Positions 37,511-51,202 of a stretch of 62,000 nucleotides of DNA are shown one piece after another. Numbering within the stretch: position 1 is the first letter of the stretch; each line of letters starts with the position of its first letter. The stretch is from Diadema setosum. Lineage: Eukaryota. Below the pieces are notes generated by a model, which saw only the letters and a list, made by a program, of their open reading frames with translations, was not told the origin of the DNA and did not search any database. The translations under genes and the position numbers were made by a program. The stretch lies in the NCBI RefSeq assembly GCF_964275005.1, contig NC_092704.1, forward strand, positions 31,806,001-31,868,000, given 5' to 3'.

Positions 37511-37561
37511 TTGAATTGAATTGAATTGAATTGAATTGAATTGAATTGAATTGAATTGAAT
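37511..37561. repeat. (TTGAA)n pentanucleotide run
   Basis: About 10 units, read directly; same motif class as the LINE tails in this window. Confidence 0.9.
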
Positions 37562-38939
37562 CAATTGCTTTAGGACTACAGTGCGTTAAATTGCAGGCTG
37601 GGGCCTGATTATGAAGACAATCCTTTCATTATTCATAGATTCATGTCATAAATTATTCTCTTGTCTTTTCTTCGGTATCTTCTATATCTCACAAAATGAC
37701 GTGATATGATTATTCCTTTAATATTCTAACACATAGGAACATTCGAAAGAAAACTCAGCATCTAACCATTTCAACTGTACCTTCATTTCAGTGTTAGACA
37801 ATTTGATGAATAATTCCATGAGTTATCAGTGTTCTACATGCATAAACTCGCAATTAATATTAAAACTTCCTTATCCTTTTTATAACAATTTTGTAGAGTC
37901 ATTGAAATTAAAGTACTATGACACATAATATTCAGTGGTGGCTGTCTTTTTAACATAATGTAGACTTTTTAATTCCAGGCAGCGCTAAAGTGCTTTGATA
38001 CCACCTCTGAAAGGAATGGAAAAAAAGCCGTGTACGCTATGATCGAAACCATGCATTTTTACACTCTTGAGCTCAAAATACTCAAGAAGACATCATCATT
38101 CGAGCAAATCGAGAGAGCTAAACAAGTTTCTTCGTAGACTTTTCAGTGTTTTTCAGCCAAATTCCATATGCTAAAAAAAATTATAGACTTTTTGAACACT
38201 ATTTTAAACCTCAATGTGCTTTAGAGACAGTATTTCATCAATCAAAAAGTGGTGATTCATTATGGTTCAATTCGATTCAATTCAGTAGTTTATTTATTTC
38301 AATCATCAAAAAAGAAAAAGAGAACATGATTCGAAGTGGTACAAGCTGTCGATTTGTCTTTCACTTTTCTGATAAGGGTAGTTTTTTTTTAATGCAATAT
38401 AAAGTATATGCAAAAAATGATGTCATAAAAAAAGAAACAATGCACTTTGTCATGGCAACAACAAAAAAAGTAAACTAAAAAGTAAATAATCATAACGATG
38501 ATAAACAGATTTCCACTAAAAAGCAGAGCTTGTAAGACGTGGAACACTGGAAACATAACAACGACAGCACCAATTTGTTATACCAATAGATGACAACATG
38601 CATAGTCTTGAAAAGGTTATACTGATCCAAGGTAATCATGCCGTATATGGATTGTGTCAGAAAGTCTAATCATTGCTATAATGGTATATGAAGCATCATA
38701 TCATCCAAGGAACCGTTTTTTCCTCATCCTCACAGTCTCCCTGTATAAATTGTCTGAGTTCTTTGTGTTCAATCACTATACCACGCTATTTTAGTGCACG
38801 AAGTGTAATGAGAATTTAATTAAACTATAACGACCAAACTGGTGAATTATGTAATGTGTTTTGACAACGGAATTATTTCATCGATTCACAAATTATCATT
38901 CCTTTGAATTGCAAATATCAAGTAAGAACTTATCTCATA

Positions 38940-39105
38940 TCTACACCCTAAAAGCAATGCCTTTATACAAATTCCTCATATTTCACATGTTTAATTGTCT
39001 TAATGCTGTATTTGACAATTTACCCATGCATTTTTTTGTTATGTTTATGGTTTATTTGTTGAAACGTAGAGTATGGAACAATAAAAACAAACAAACAGAC
39101 AAACA
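38940..39105 (+). repeat. Retroposon 3'-end remnant, second copy at about 58083-58257
   Basis: The two copies align (ctacacccta..aagcaatgc...attcctcatatttcacatgtttt) and end in AATAAA plus (CAAA)n. Confidence 0.65.
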
Positions 39106-39272
39106 AACGATCTATCATCTCTTTAGATAGACCTGTTGGTTTTTGTGGGGGTTTTTTGTATTGTAAATGTCTATTTCTGATTGGAGCTTTAAGCAGGTCT
39201 AACAATGATTGCTTTATGCCCTGTCTAAGGAGTGCACTTGACTTAGATATTACAAGACCAAAGTTACAGTGC

Positions 39273-39634
39273 TTAAAGGCATAATATTCACCATCTGTAG
39301 ATGAAACAAAAACCCAGCCTTAGTGCTTCTCAAAATAGTTTTAAAATGTGAGGTAGGGATAGAAACAACAATGTAAAGAATTTAATAATAATTGTATAAT
39401 TAATTTTAGCTCTTGCTAAATATATAAAATTTGAACAATAGTTATGATAAAACTATTCTAGACCAAACCGTCTATATGCGCAGTTATGGTTTATTGAGAA
39501 AAAATAGTGATATCCTCATATGTTTTAGACGTTATTGCGAAACTTTTACATGGTAGGATGTTTTGTGATACATATGCATCAAAATATGTGATAACTTGAA
39601 CATCACTGCTCCCAGTGGTGAACAGTACCTTTAA
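39273..39634. mobile_element. Kolobok-like MITE
   Basis: TTAA|AGGCATAATATTCACC ... GGTGAACAGTACCT|TTAA; body homologous to 55312-55682. Confidence 0.78.
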
Positions 39635-40619
39635 AAAAAGTACTTTAGATCTACACACAGCTTGGAAAGTGCACTTGAGTTTTCATGGATTCGTTTGGGC
39701 GTATCTTCACACGCAGAACAACGAGTCAAAATGGAAAGAAGAGAAGTAAATACATTGCTTATGATAATTGAGTTTGAATGTGAGTGGGGGGGGACGGTGT
39801 ATTCTAGGTGAAGGTTATCAGGGTCGCATGACTTTTTTTATCACAGTGTAGCTGGGATTAAATTGGCATGTGGGCGGGGGGGGGGGGTGCACTTTATCAG
39901 CGACTGACGATTTTTTTTTTCTTTCTATCACAATGTGACCATGCTCGTGCAAGAATTTTGATAATGATATAACTGGTAGATAATGCCCCTCACGTTTGAG
40001 CTTTCTCAAGGTTGCCGATTTGGGCGGTATTCGTTACAATATGTAGAAATTATGATGTATGTATGGATAGGTACATGTGCAAGATAATACATATCACATT
40101 TCATACGTCATAATATGGAATTGCATTTTTCTTAGTTTGCAGATTCACAACATGACAAACACAATGATACTACAGGCAAAACGTGTTGAAAGTTGAAAAA
40201 TAATACCAAATAAAAGGGCAATCTTTGGAGAAAAAAGCGTTTCTGTAATTATTTCTATCAATATTATTGCTTGATACCAATCTCGCATGTGAAATAAGTT
40301 AAGTAATAAGAAGACCATTTCACAGCCATTCACAACCATTATTTACTTTATATTTTGGTCCTCCAGCAGATTACAGATAATTTTGCTTCCACTATAATGT
40401 TCACTGAAATTAAAAAAGAGAAAAAGGCAATATCTTATTGACAGGGTTGTCAGATAAAGGTTGCCATGGTAATCAGCAATATCACGCATAGCTAAATTAG
40501 GAAAAGTCAACAAATTTTGTTGAAATTGAGCTAAGGGTGTAGGAGAGGAAATGGAAATATTATGGTAGGGGTACAATGTGCCCCTTTGGGGCTTCATAGG
40601 GTTAATTGCATGTAGATGG

Positions 40620-41000
40620 GGTTTTCATGGGGCATATCTTCACACGCAGAATTATGGTGTGACAAGATGGAAGGAAGTGAGGTGAAAGCATTGTTTGTGA
40701 TATAACTGAGTTTGTGTGTGTGAGTCGGGTGGGGGTGTATTCTAGGTGAAGGTTATCAGGGTCGCATGACTTCTTTTGTTTTTTATCACAGTGTAGCTGG
40801 GTTAAAGTAATTTTGATAATGGTTCCCCTCACTTGCAGATATTTCCCAATGTTATTTTTTTTTAATTACTAATGTGAGTGGTACACCTACTAATCGTTTT
40901 TGGCTTATCACCAATATCATTATTGTCTATGGATTGTAAAGGTCTCAGCAGCAAATTATGCCAATTATATCGCCTGTATTGTATTCAAATTTGAGTTGAG
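40620..41000 (+). promoter_or_regulatory. Diverged copy of the promoter block upstream of gene C (5' part also duplicated at about 39700-39990)
   Basis: tcttcacac...gtgacaagatggaa, atcacagtgtagct and tattgtctatggattgt...ctcagcagcaaattat match the other copies. Confidence 0.5.
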
Positions 41001-42546
41001 TTGGTTATGCTGGTGTCTAGATAGAACATTCATATCAATGAATTTATAAGTTAACGTCACCGTTGTCTGTAACTTATTTGACGAGGAAAAGAAAGACATT
41101 TGCATTTTGATTAGCTGAAACTAGTTGAATCATCGCTCTTATAGTGTATTTAACAAACCCAAAATATCTTAATGATACGCTTCTTTCCCATTTTCGTCAC
41201 CTTTTCAATCTCATTTGATTATATCGATTATCATTTTATATTCGTCCGGAGAAGATTACCTCTTTCAAATCAAAGGAATTGTCGAGTTTTCATTCATATC
41301 TGCCTCTTATTAGTTATGAATTCGGGATCAAATGCCTCTTCAAAGAAAGTGATTATTTTTCCTTGTGATATATGGACCCGAAGCTCATATTATGGAACGT
41401 ATGTGAAGTATAAAGCAGATATTTAACGATTTTTACTAGGTGTCAGTGCAACAAATCTTGCAATGCTAATTTGTGATCGCACCATGTAGCGTTTATGAAG
41501 TGATACATTTCATACCGATATTTACCGAGACTTTTATATTGTTGAAGAGTCTATTGTTTCGTGAATATGTGAACGTTATTTTTGAATACGACCACAAATG
41601 GCATCCTTTCTGTAAGAACTTTACTTCTATGAAACTGACATGTTTGTGAGCACATTCCTGTGTTTCGTTAGAATGGATAGTTGTGAAGAAGCGGGTATTT
41701 TGAAAGGTAGTAGCATACATGCTAAAAGCGATAGTATTATTCAATTTATTTATAGTGTGAATTTTATAACTATGTTTGAGCTAATTTGTCCGAATTTACG
41801 TGAACTTGTTTGTGTCACCCTCTTTTGTAGCGTTTGTGTTTAGTGGTAACGTCTATATTCCTTATTTTTTTCCCTTGGTATTTTGTTTCTGCTATTTCGT
41901 AATGCATTTCATTATGTCATGATTGTTGTTGTTATGTTGTTATTTTTGGTTGGTTTTATTGTTAATTTGCTTTGATTGATTTGTTAACTGTTGTGTTGTT
42001 TATGTTGTTGTTGTAACTCTGTATTCACGGCCTCTCTGAAAAATAGCCTCACCTGGCTGATCGAGGGCATTTTATCCCGTGATTAAATAAAATAAAACAA
42101 ACAAACAAACAAACAATAAACATGGGATTTCAGGTACCAATTTTTTTTAGTTTTGAGTAGCCCTTTATACGTCATCGTAGTTATCTTTTAATGGTTGCTG
42201 AGCCCTGTATACTTAGCTACATCGGCTGGTGAATCGTTTGGGGTTGCCATTAAGTCGCCGAGCAGCCGCCGACCACCTGATGATCTAGTCGCCGATTCCT
42301 TGTAAAATTTGTCGTTGTTGATCGGATAATGTTCGCATAGCGCTCGACATAAGATTGAGAACTGGTCGGTGACCGATCAAGAACTGTAATTCTACAATCA
42401 GAATCAATGAGAATTTCGGATCTTAGTCGCTGATTTGCAGTCGGCGGTCACCACTGTTAAACTGTTCGCTCCGTTATGTTTTGCTTTTGTATAACGTAGT
42501 TGCCCCGACGTCTACGACCATTTCTCGCTTGTGTGATCGGAGTCTA

Positions 42547-43248
42547 TAATTGTGACCCTGCATTAAAAAACGAACAAAAAGTCGCCAGATATGGATTTCT
42601 AGTTGAGGGCAGACTCTGAAAGAGCAGATTCTAAGCTTTATAATGATGTATAACTCAATTCAAATGGACTCCCATAACCTATCTAAATACTAGAAAGAAA
42701 GCACACACTCTGTAAAAGTGTGAACTGAGAAAAGAGGCTCTGAAGCGCGGGGTCTATTCAGCGCTTAATCTTTTATACCAAGCCGTGCGAGCTGTGCAAT
42801 GAATGGGACAAAAAAACAGGAAATAAACCACCTGAGCAATCACAATGAAGGGATTACCAGATAAAGCTGAAATTGAGCATGTTCTATCAACACACTATGT
42901 CCATAATTAATGCCAAGTTTCAAAGCAGTAGAGTTATCCTTTCAAAAGTCATTAGACTTGAAAGTGAAGAGTGTGTAAAGGATTTCAAGAAATGAAAAGG
43001 GGACTCTACTACATACCTGATCATTCTATTCTCCCCACAAATTGGGTTGCAGAAAAACTGCTGAAAACACACTTTTCCATTCATGTTATGATCCCAAACT
43101 TAAGAATGATGTAGAAGAAGGATAGCTCTTTCAGAAAATATGAAAAACTCAAGATTGACTTGACTGATCCATTTCACCTTTTTTGAGTCCTCACATAAAA
43201 TCAAGGGGTGCCACTTTTTGTTCATTTTGTGATGCACGGTCACAATTA
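42547..43248. mobile_element. TIR MITE, TGTGACCCTGCA family
   Basis: About 40-nt imperfect TIRs: TAATTGTGACCCTGCA...AACAAAAAGT and ACTTTTTGTT...TGCACGGTCACAATTA; body alignable with 51200-51866. Confidence 0.85.
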
Positions 43249-43396
43249 TTGCCTCATAGAATTGTTGCATTTTTCAACATAAAAACCTTTCATATCATCA
43301 TATTGCTAATGAAACAAATGCATGTCATGGATAGTTTTGATTTTGATTCTTCCACATTGAATTTGATTTTCTTTCCAATATTCATTATTGTAACAG

Positions 43397-43463
43397 AATT
43401 CTCGTGGACGTGACAAGTCACTATTTTTCATGTCTATCGCCATAGTCATAATCACTTCTCTTG
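43397..43463 (+). CDS. Gene C signal-peptide exon NSRGRDKSLFFMSIAIVIITSL
   Basis: taacag|AAT...CTTG|gtgagt; 67 nt; GRDK and MS shared with gene B. Confidence 0.83.
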
Positions 43464-46400
43464 GTGAGTATAATTTTTTTTCTCTCCTTACATGAGCGTG
43501 TGCATAGTTCTGTATACAAATGTTCCTTACACGTCAAGCGAATTCAGGTAGTCTGTTTACTACATATCTCGTCCAAACATTATGTAATGTACAAATATGT
43601 AGGACTACGAAATTCGAATCATATCGGTTAGTCTTATTGTGTGACCTCATGGGGGTATATTCTTTGACAGATTCTCTCATGCACAGGGATTTTCTCGTAA
43701 CCGAATGACAAGGAGGGGAACAGCGAGTAATAAAACAGAGAGAACACAATTTTGCACTTTATAGTTTTCACACATTTTGGGCATTGGGACTTGCGCATGT
43801 TTTACGCTCATATTGACCTGCGTGTAGTTGGACACAGCTTACACGTACCATCTTGTGGGTTTGTTGGTGATGTTATGAGAGTAGCTACCCCCGAACATTC
43901 AAGATGAAGGTGTGCCCTACTCTCAAAATACTTTGACTTGCTAATATGATTAACGATCATGATGCAGACGATGTGGTTCACAACATACAAGCTTGCTTTT
44001 TAGTGGACCTCTCAATTCTTTTTTTTTCCTCAACTGAAGCATAACTTTGTACTTTTTTTTTTTGCCAGCATGCATTCTTTTGTTTATCTGTATAATTTAT
44101 CTTTTGCAAAGTCGAATGTTTTATATGTTTATGATGTAATTTCAGATTTATTATGTGTTATGTTTTGATGGAAAAAGAAGAATGAAAAATAAATGAATTG
44201 AATTGAATAATTGAAAAAAAAAATATTAGGGTTTTAAGATTATATTCCGGGGAGGCTTTCAATTTCTCAACTTCATCTACAAATTTCATTCCAAACACTT
44301 CAGAGTGGATTATTCTGTTTTAACTCAACTGTTTAGCCTGCATTTTTCACACCTACAAGAGATAATAATGTTGTGAAGAATGTATCAGGCCAGATACTTC
44401 AAAAATGAGGATAAATTTGTTCCGTTTGTCTTACTTTTTAAAAAGTCATGTTACCAGCGATGGTAACTTCATCGAGCTGCGGCCGTTCGCCACACTCCGC
44501 CCTGAACTACTCCACCCGGGGACTCCCCGCGTGTGGCGACAAGACACTCAGGAATGGATCCGTGGTAACGACCATCCCGAAACTTCTCAAAGCTTCATCC
44601 GTAGCAGCTACCTGCCATGGGAAGGGATACCCGATCTGTCGCATACCAGGTCAGGCCATTAGAATATTACATTCCAGTGGGCATTGATTAGATATGAAAT
44701 ACTCATATAAACAGAGAAAAGGAATATGAGCAAGATTTTCTCGTGTGTGTGTGTGTGTGTGTGTGTTGGGCCATGAAAATAAACAATCGTATATAAATGC
44801 ATAGATGTACAGTGCATACAGATTGTGTATATACATGTATACCTATATAAATATGATATGGAGTATATGTGCACAGGTCTACAAATACACATATAGTAAT
44901 CATACACACATGTCGGGATATGTCGTACAAGGAGAAAGATAGTGAGATAATTGTTTAGTTTTAATAGTTGTTGGGGTCTTACAGTATGTGGAAGTGTAAT
45001 CCATGTTCACTTTCTTTACCTATCGGAAGAAATAAATGATATTTTGATTTCGTCATATAAAGGCCAGGTGGTCTATACATTTTTATTCACAAGGAAATGA
45101 AATGTTTCCAGTTTTGTTTGTAATTAATGGCTGATTGATTAGGTTTCTTTCCCTTTCGGTTTTCTGTTAACGACGCGTCTTGTCGTAAACTGGAGAATTC
45201 TACTCACGATCTATTCCTTGATATTGACGATGATTCCATAATCAATGCTATTATGAACATTAATCACATCTACAGCCAGGTACATTATTGTCTGAGCCAC
45301 ATTTATCTGAATATAATTATTACAAAGTAAAACAAGAATAGAAATAAGAACAGATACATAAAAGAAATGGTACATTATAGATAAAGATTGTTTGAACAGC
45401 AACGAGTGCACAAATTTCCATGAAGACAATACCATAGTAACTTAAATGGGGCCCTCGACATCAACTTCTGCAATTGCGTCAGCCTCAGCAATGAGACTAG
45501 AAACCGTGAATACACATCAAAATGTCACTCACATAATTCAGTATTTTTGTACTATTGGTCTCAGATTGTTTATCGAACCCTTGTCAAAACGGCTGGTGCG
45601 AAGAGACTATCAGCGACTATCACTGTCACTGCGCTAACGGCTTTGATGGAAAGAACTGTGAAACCAGTGAGTATTAGTAGAACACGCAAACTTTCCCGCA
45701 TGCTCAGTCTATTCTCCACACCTATATTCTACTCACTCTATGGTGCATTGTCTTAATGATTTGATCCTTCTTTTTTTTCTTTTTTTTTTTGAGGTTTGAA
45801 AAGATTCCATGTATCAATTTATAACTTGTGAATAATATGTTTGACATTGTTATACTTCTTTTCTGTTAGGTACAAGGGGAGAAATAAAACTTGCTGAAAA
45901 CTAAACTGAATTCATTATGCTGTAATAGATCATTTTCCATCTTAACATTTCTGCCTTTGTTATTTTCATGTTATTTTGCATGTCTTAATGCCCGAATGAA
46001 ACATTACGACCCCTTTTTGCACCTAGGCCTGTGACACCATTGTTGGTGCAGAAATTTGTAACCTATGACTTTAGCATTATATTTCACGAATATCTCTCCA
46101 TATCATACCTGTATCAAAATCAGGTATGATAATACAAAGCGTATAAATCTGAAAAGATACAAATGTATCGCCAAGAGTCTTAATCATGATGTGTTGCGAA
46201 ACTATAGTAAAGGCTATCTTGATAACGCTGATTCACTCACCCTAAAGGAGTTGTAAGTGAAGGCTTTATCTAATGTAATATTTCCAGTAGATCACATCCA
46301 CATTGACGAATCTGGCAAGAGTATTACTTTGTATCAAATTGCCTCCAATATCTTCTCAGTTAGAATAGTGCGGTATATAGTGGTATGTCTGATGTGACCT

Positions 46401-49400
46401 GTTTTATTATACAGTTGTGTAATGGCACATCATAACGTCACCATATTTAAGCTTTTGATGTCTATTTTATAGAAAAAAATGTGAACATGATGTGGTACGC
46501 TATTTCCTCAGCGTTTGACAAAAGAGCAAAACCGATGAGATAAAACGGAATGGTACGCAGCTCCACATGAAATGGGGCTGAATGCATACGCCACTTTGGC
46601 AGCAGTTTGGTTTAGGGACAGAGATTCAATTGTCGAAAAAGACAATAGCAAAATGGGACAGTTCGCCATGAACATAATAGCATCACACAGTTTTCTTTCT
46701 GTACGCATCTGACGTCTATTATCGGTACAACCTGTCATCTACAGGCTTTCCCGGGGTGACGTCAGCATCGTCTAACCAGCCAGTTGTATCTGATGCTATT
46801 ACAAAATATGCTGCAGCTCTGTCAACAGGTATGTTGGCAATGTCGCCATAGCAACCCTCTTCTAATCTACTTCACACGAATGGATGCACATGAAATTGAC
46901 AAGCAACAGCGGACAGATAGCATGATAGTAAAAGTATTTTGATGTCTATACCACCTCAAATAATTGATGGATTTCTCCAACGAATAGAGATATCATCAAT
47001 TATTGAATTTAATATTCATCCAGCGATATTCATCTGTCTACGCTTGTTTGTTGCTGTTTTTTCTCACAAGAAAACATAAACTACATAATCCCACAACGTT
47101 TATCTCATTGTCGAAAAAAAAATGAAACTGTTTAGTATTAAAAGTAACCTACGTACACATTTTGTATGTTTTTCAAAGTAATGACTAGAAAGCAAAGACT
47201 TTTCTCCAAATGAGTTCATTTTGCTGCGATCTTGAGAAGAAGAATGTAGAACTAAAAAGAATGATTGCTTGCAAAGCAAGACATTGATTTAAAAAGGGAT
47301 GCAAGTTGGAGATGTTTTCGTTACTGTTACTCTTTTGAAGTAAAATTGCAAGCTGTATCTTGACTGTCATAAACATCAAAGGATTTCTCTTTAACCTTTT
47401 GCTGAAAGAACGAAAAATACTATAGGCACAAGCAAATATGCGTTAAACGTCACATCCTGCTATATATGCTTTCAGAGTGTGTACCCACGTCAAACAAGTT
47501 CCAAATATTTTTATCAAATTGTAAAATTGTGTAAATGACAAAACATTAGACCTATGGCATATTTCGATCCTCTTCTCTATGAAAGCATTACCCCACTCGA
47601 CGAGCACGTCAACCACCAGCTCGACGACAGAAACACCACCTGCGCCGCTGTCCACAAGCTTACCTGATGTGAAGTCATCGACCATGCCTACTACAACATT
47701 AGCCGAAGACATCAAGACGACCATAGACCTCTCCACGACATCGGCAGGTTTGTTTGTATGATAATGTGTATTTATTACTTTGCGGTGTCGTGAAAACAAT
47801 GATAAAAGCCATCGTGCATATCCACAAGTATATGTTTTAACTGTTAATTTCATATTTTTGTCAATCAAATTCATGTACATGACATGCATTCAAATGCACT
47901 GCGAACTCACGTGAAAATTAAATTAACAATCCCACTGCTCAATTTCATTAATGAGAGTAGATTTTTCTTTTGAAAAATGGGGTAGTGAGGTGGGAATGGA
48001 GGCAGAAAGGGGGGGGGGGGGAGTTTTATATAAAACAAGCGAAGACATCGAAAGAGGTATACATGACATGTATGCATTTATTTATGTCTTTATGCTTCAG
48101 ACTTGTTCTGTGTTCATGTATTCTTTGTTTTTTCTTTAAAGAAATACGAAAATAAATTATACGGTCCATGATTATCGTCGGTGCATCGAAACGACACAAT
48201 GACACTTTAAACATACTCCTTGATAACACCGCATGCACTAAAAAGGACAACGCCCCAACACTAACCACACAATGCATCAATAATGACAAACTGACACACA
48301 ATGGTCTCACAGAGTCTCGCTAAAGTAAACTAATAAAATATCAATAAACACAACAAAACGTATACAATGTTAATGTTATCAGTGTCAATGTAGTCTAAAT
48401 TGTTTTTTTTTCCCGAAGGCATAAATCAGTCTCACACTGTGGAAGCCAATTTTGGAAATTGAGGAAGATAGGCGGCATAAAAAAACAACAACACTTGTTC
48501 ATAGCTATCCGCTTTCTCATTGACCTTTCTATTCAATAAGACTGAGAGTATCAACACCAAATATCATCAAATACCACCGATACCTTTTTCAGGTTAATGG
48601 TTGTTATGATGGCAATTCTGACGGCTTACAGAACCAAACAAAAACAAAATACAAGGACCAAAGTTTGGGGTATTTCAGAATAAAAACTCCGACTCAGCAG
48701 GGGTGTCTGTCTGCTTTATTCATGTATGTTGGCCTAATATCTCTCCTTCTCCCCCTCTCTCCCTCTCTTTCCCAATCCCTTCCTCCTTTTTTCGTTCTTC
48801 CTCATTCTCACTTCCTTCCTTCTTTCCCACTCCCTCCCTACTTTTCACTCTCGAACCAACTATTTTGTTTGTTTACTTGTTTATTTATTTATTTGTTTGC
48901 TTGTTTGTTTTTTTTTTTTTGTGTGTGTGTTGTTTTTTTTTTTTGGGGGGGGGGCGGGGGAGATTGAGAAATTCGCATGGGTAATGGCTATACCTACCCA
49001 TATGTGTCCATTTATTACTTTATTTTTCAGTGGGCTTCCAGGCTTCTTTTTATTTTTCAATTTCTTCACTTTATCTTTGTATTGATGTTCTCTACCAGAG
49101 GGGCCCACATTCTGCAAGCTCTCTCATTTTTCCAACTTTCGCATTATTTTACTCCATTTCGACCACTTCAGTTTTTATGAAAATGTATGAATTAGTATGA
49201 GGTTTCACATTTATTGTATAGTCTTTTCCTTCTACAATATTTTGTTTACCTTATTCTCTGTTACGAAAGAACGTGAAATGTATTATGTTTTGTTGAAAGG
49301 AATGAAATAAACTTTAAATGGAATTTAATGTAAGGTGAGTTCTGAATCATCCCCTCACTATTTTTCTCATCTCTTTATAGCAACCAATGTGAGAGTGGTT

Positions 49401-49670
49401 ATCTGCGAGGGCAACCAAGGCAACATCTCCTGTGCTGAGGGAACCATCCACATTGTGTCGGCCAACTACGGACGGTTAGCACCGGGCAGTGTGCACTGTC
49501 CTCACCCCAGTACCAGTGACACTAATTGTAGTCTAAGTACCTCATTGAGCATCATGAAAGACACATGTGAGGAGAAGATTTCATGCACCTTTACCCCTTC
49601 AAAGACCATGTTTGGGACTGATCCTTGTCCTGGGACATACAAGTATGCTGAAGTTGTGTATACGTGTTAA
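43397..49670 (+). CDS. Gene C: secreted protein, signal + 4-Cys domain + EGF + linker + Ser/Thr stalk + SUEL lectin; join(43397-43463,44446-44649,45565-45666,46745-46828,47586-47747,49381-49670)
   Basis: Six phase-compatible GT-AG exons give 909 nt in frame to TAA. Exon 1 is not pinned down; the in-frame ATG at 43430 gives MSIAIVIITSLVMLPAMVTS. Confidence 0.85.
44446..44649 (+). CDS. Gene C uncharacterised 4-Cys domain exon
   Basis: aaaag|TC...CCAG|gtcagg; 204 nt, phase 1-1; paralog of 27023-27226. Confidence 0.86.
45565..45666 (+). CDS. Gene C EGF-like exon DCLSNPCQNGWCEETISDYHCHCANGFDGKNCET
   Basis: tctcag|AT...CCA|gtgagt; 102 nt; 5 aa differences from the gene A EGF. Confidence 0.92.
46745..46828 (+). 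CDS. Gene C short linker exon SFPGVTSASSNQPVVSDAITKYAAALST
   Basis: ctacag|GC...ACAG|gtatgt; 84 nt, phase 1-1; paralog of 3024-3101. Confidence 0.8.
47586..47747 (+). CDS. Gene C Ser/Thr/Pro-rich stalk exon
   Basis: gaaag|CA...GCAG|gtttgt; 162 nt, phase 1-1; LPHSTSTSTTSSTTETPPAP... Confidence 0.8.
49381..49670 (+). CDS. Gene C terminal exon: SUEL/Gal_Lectin (rhamnose-binding lectin) domain
   Basis: Polypyrimidine tract then ttatag|CA; ICEG, ANYGR and DPCPGTYKY motifs; 8 Cys; TAA. Confidence 0.93.
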
Positions 49671-50279
49671 ACCGATCAAACGAATCTTAACTCAATGTAA
49701 CTGAATATCTCTTTCTAACAGCAAAATGTAACAAGCCCCCAAAATCATTATAGCCCAAAATCATTGAAACATCGTGTTCCAGGTGTCTGGAACTATTTTA
49801 CTTTATAATCTGCAGCAGTGTACATCCTTAGCTGTTTCTTAAAAGAGCGTTTGGAAATATCGTTGTATCTCAACAGTTTTCTGATACGTAGATAGATATT
49901 TCATATCTGTACTATAGGTCCCTAAGCATCTCCAAACAAGAGTCTGTGGCTATTATAGTAAAATACGTTTCCCTATACTGATATACATAATCAATAAGAT
50001 GTTTTTTTTTTTTTCAGAGGGACATCATCACAGCACAATACACATCACTTTATATTAAATGGGTTAGTTAAATACTGCTTAGTGATTGGCTAAACACAGT
50101 CACGTGATGTTCGTCCATGGGCAGAACATTTTTGTAATGTTCTTCCATGGGAAAACATTTTCACGTAACAAGTGACAAACGATACCAAACGATTAAACGA
50201 TCATATTTTCATGCAATCGATAGGATAAATTTGCCTATTCCATACAATGTGAAAAAGCAGATTTGACTAATAGTGTAAC

Positions 50280-50430
50280 AGAGGATGACTTTTGTTGGCG
50301 GAAACATGTACCAAACGTTCCACCATCAGGGTTTGAAATGCTATTTCGGGAGGCTATAAGTCCTCAATAGCATTTCAAATCCTTCGGGTGGAACATTCGG
50401 TATGTTCCCTCCCCCGCCAGTCATCATCTA
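50280..50430. repeat. Imperfect hairpin of about 150 bp (probable MITE)
   Basis: GATGACT..GGCGG..AACAT.TACC.AA.GTTCCACC..GG.TTTGAAATGCTATT pairs with its downstream complement. Confidence 0.6.
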
Positions 50431-51152
50431 TATAAAAACACGCCCCGCTCACGACCTTTGTCCACTAAGTGAGCGACCAGATTCACAATGTATCTTCTGA
50501 TAGTTAATTGGTTTCATGTTGAAACATTATGGCCCGAATTCACCAAGGTGGTACATGTTTATAAAAACCATGGTTTAAACCATGGACAATTTGTATGAAA
50601 CGCCAAGTATCGCATGGCCTATTTTGTTATTAAAGCAATCATTTCGTTGATGAAATGACCATTTCGTTGACAAAATGTTAATTTCGTTATGCTTTTTTTG
50701 GCTTTTTTTTTACTTGCAGTAGTTATGTCGAAGAATTTGTAATTCCTTTGAGAAATATGGGAATGTGAAAATAAATCGAACCGAACTGAGCTTAATAGCT
50801 GGAAATGACAGAACATCTGTAGGTCCATGGTGGGAAGAAGAGTCAAAGAACTAATTCTTTCAACCTTCAATAACATAATGGCTTCAGGCATCATTGTCTG
50901 AAATGTGTAGGACAATTGGAAGCACAAGTCATTCTGAAGGTATGAACGTATAAACCTTTTGCAATGAAAATGGCATGCTGTCGCAGAGAGAAGCACTTCA
51001 AAATAGCACCAGAAATTTGGTCAACATGCTCAAGATGTAGCGGTGTAACACTGATGTACAGGTTCATGATAACGTATGTATTCTTAGGAATTTTCCACGT
51101 GTTGGACTTGTTGGAATGTTATATATACATATGTATGATATGTATATAAGTA

Positions 51153-51199
<47 letters not shown>

Positions 51200-51202
<3 letters not shown>

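Noticed and set aside
44405..44662. Second open frame across the 4-Cys exon in both B and C (…PELLHPGTPRVW…), suggesting dual coding
   Set aside because: Splice phase selects the Cys frame. Substitutions favour its third positions (11 versus 7 for the other frame), and a short GC-rich exon can be open in two frames by chance.
48160..48320. C/A-rich stretch in a gene C intron that looks like another Thr-rich stalk exon
   Set aside because: No convincing phase-1 splice sites, and stops occur in the Thr-rich frames.
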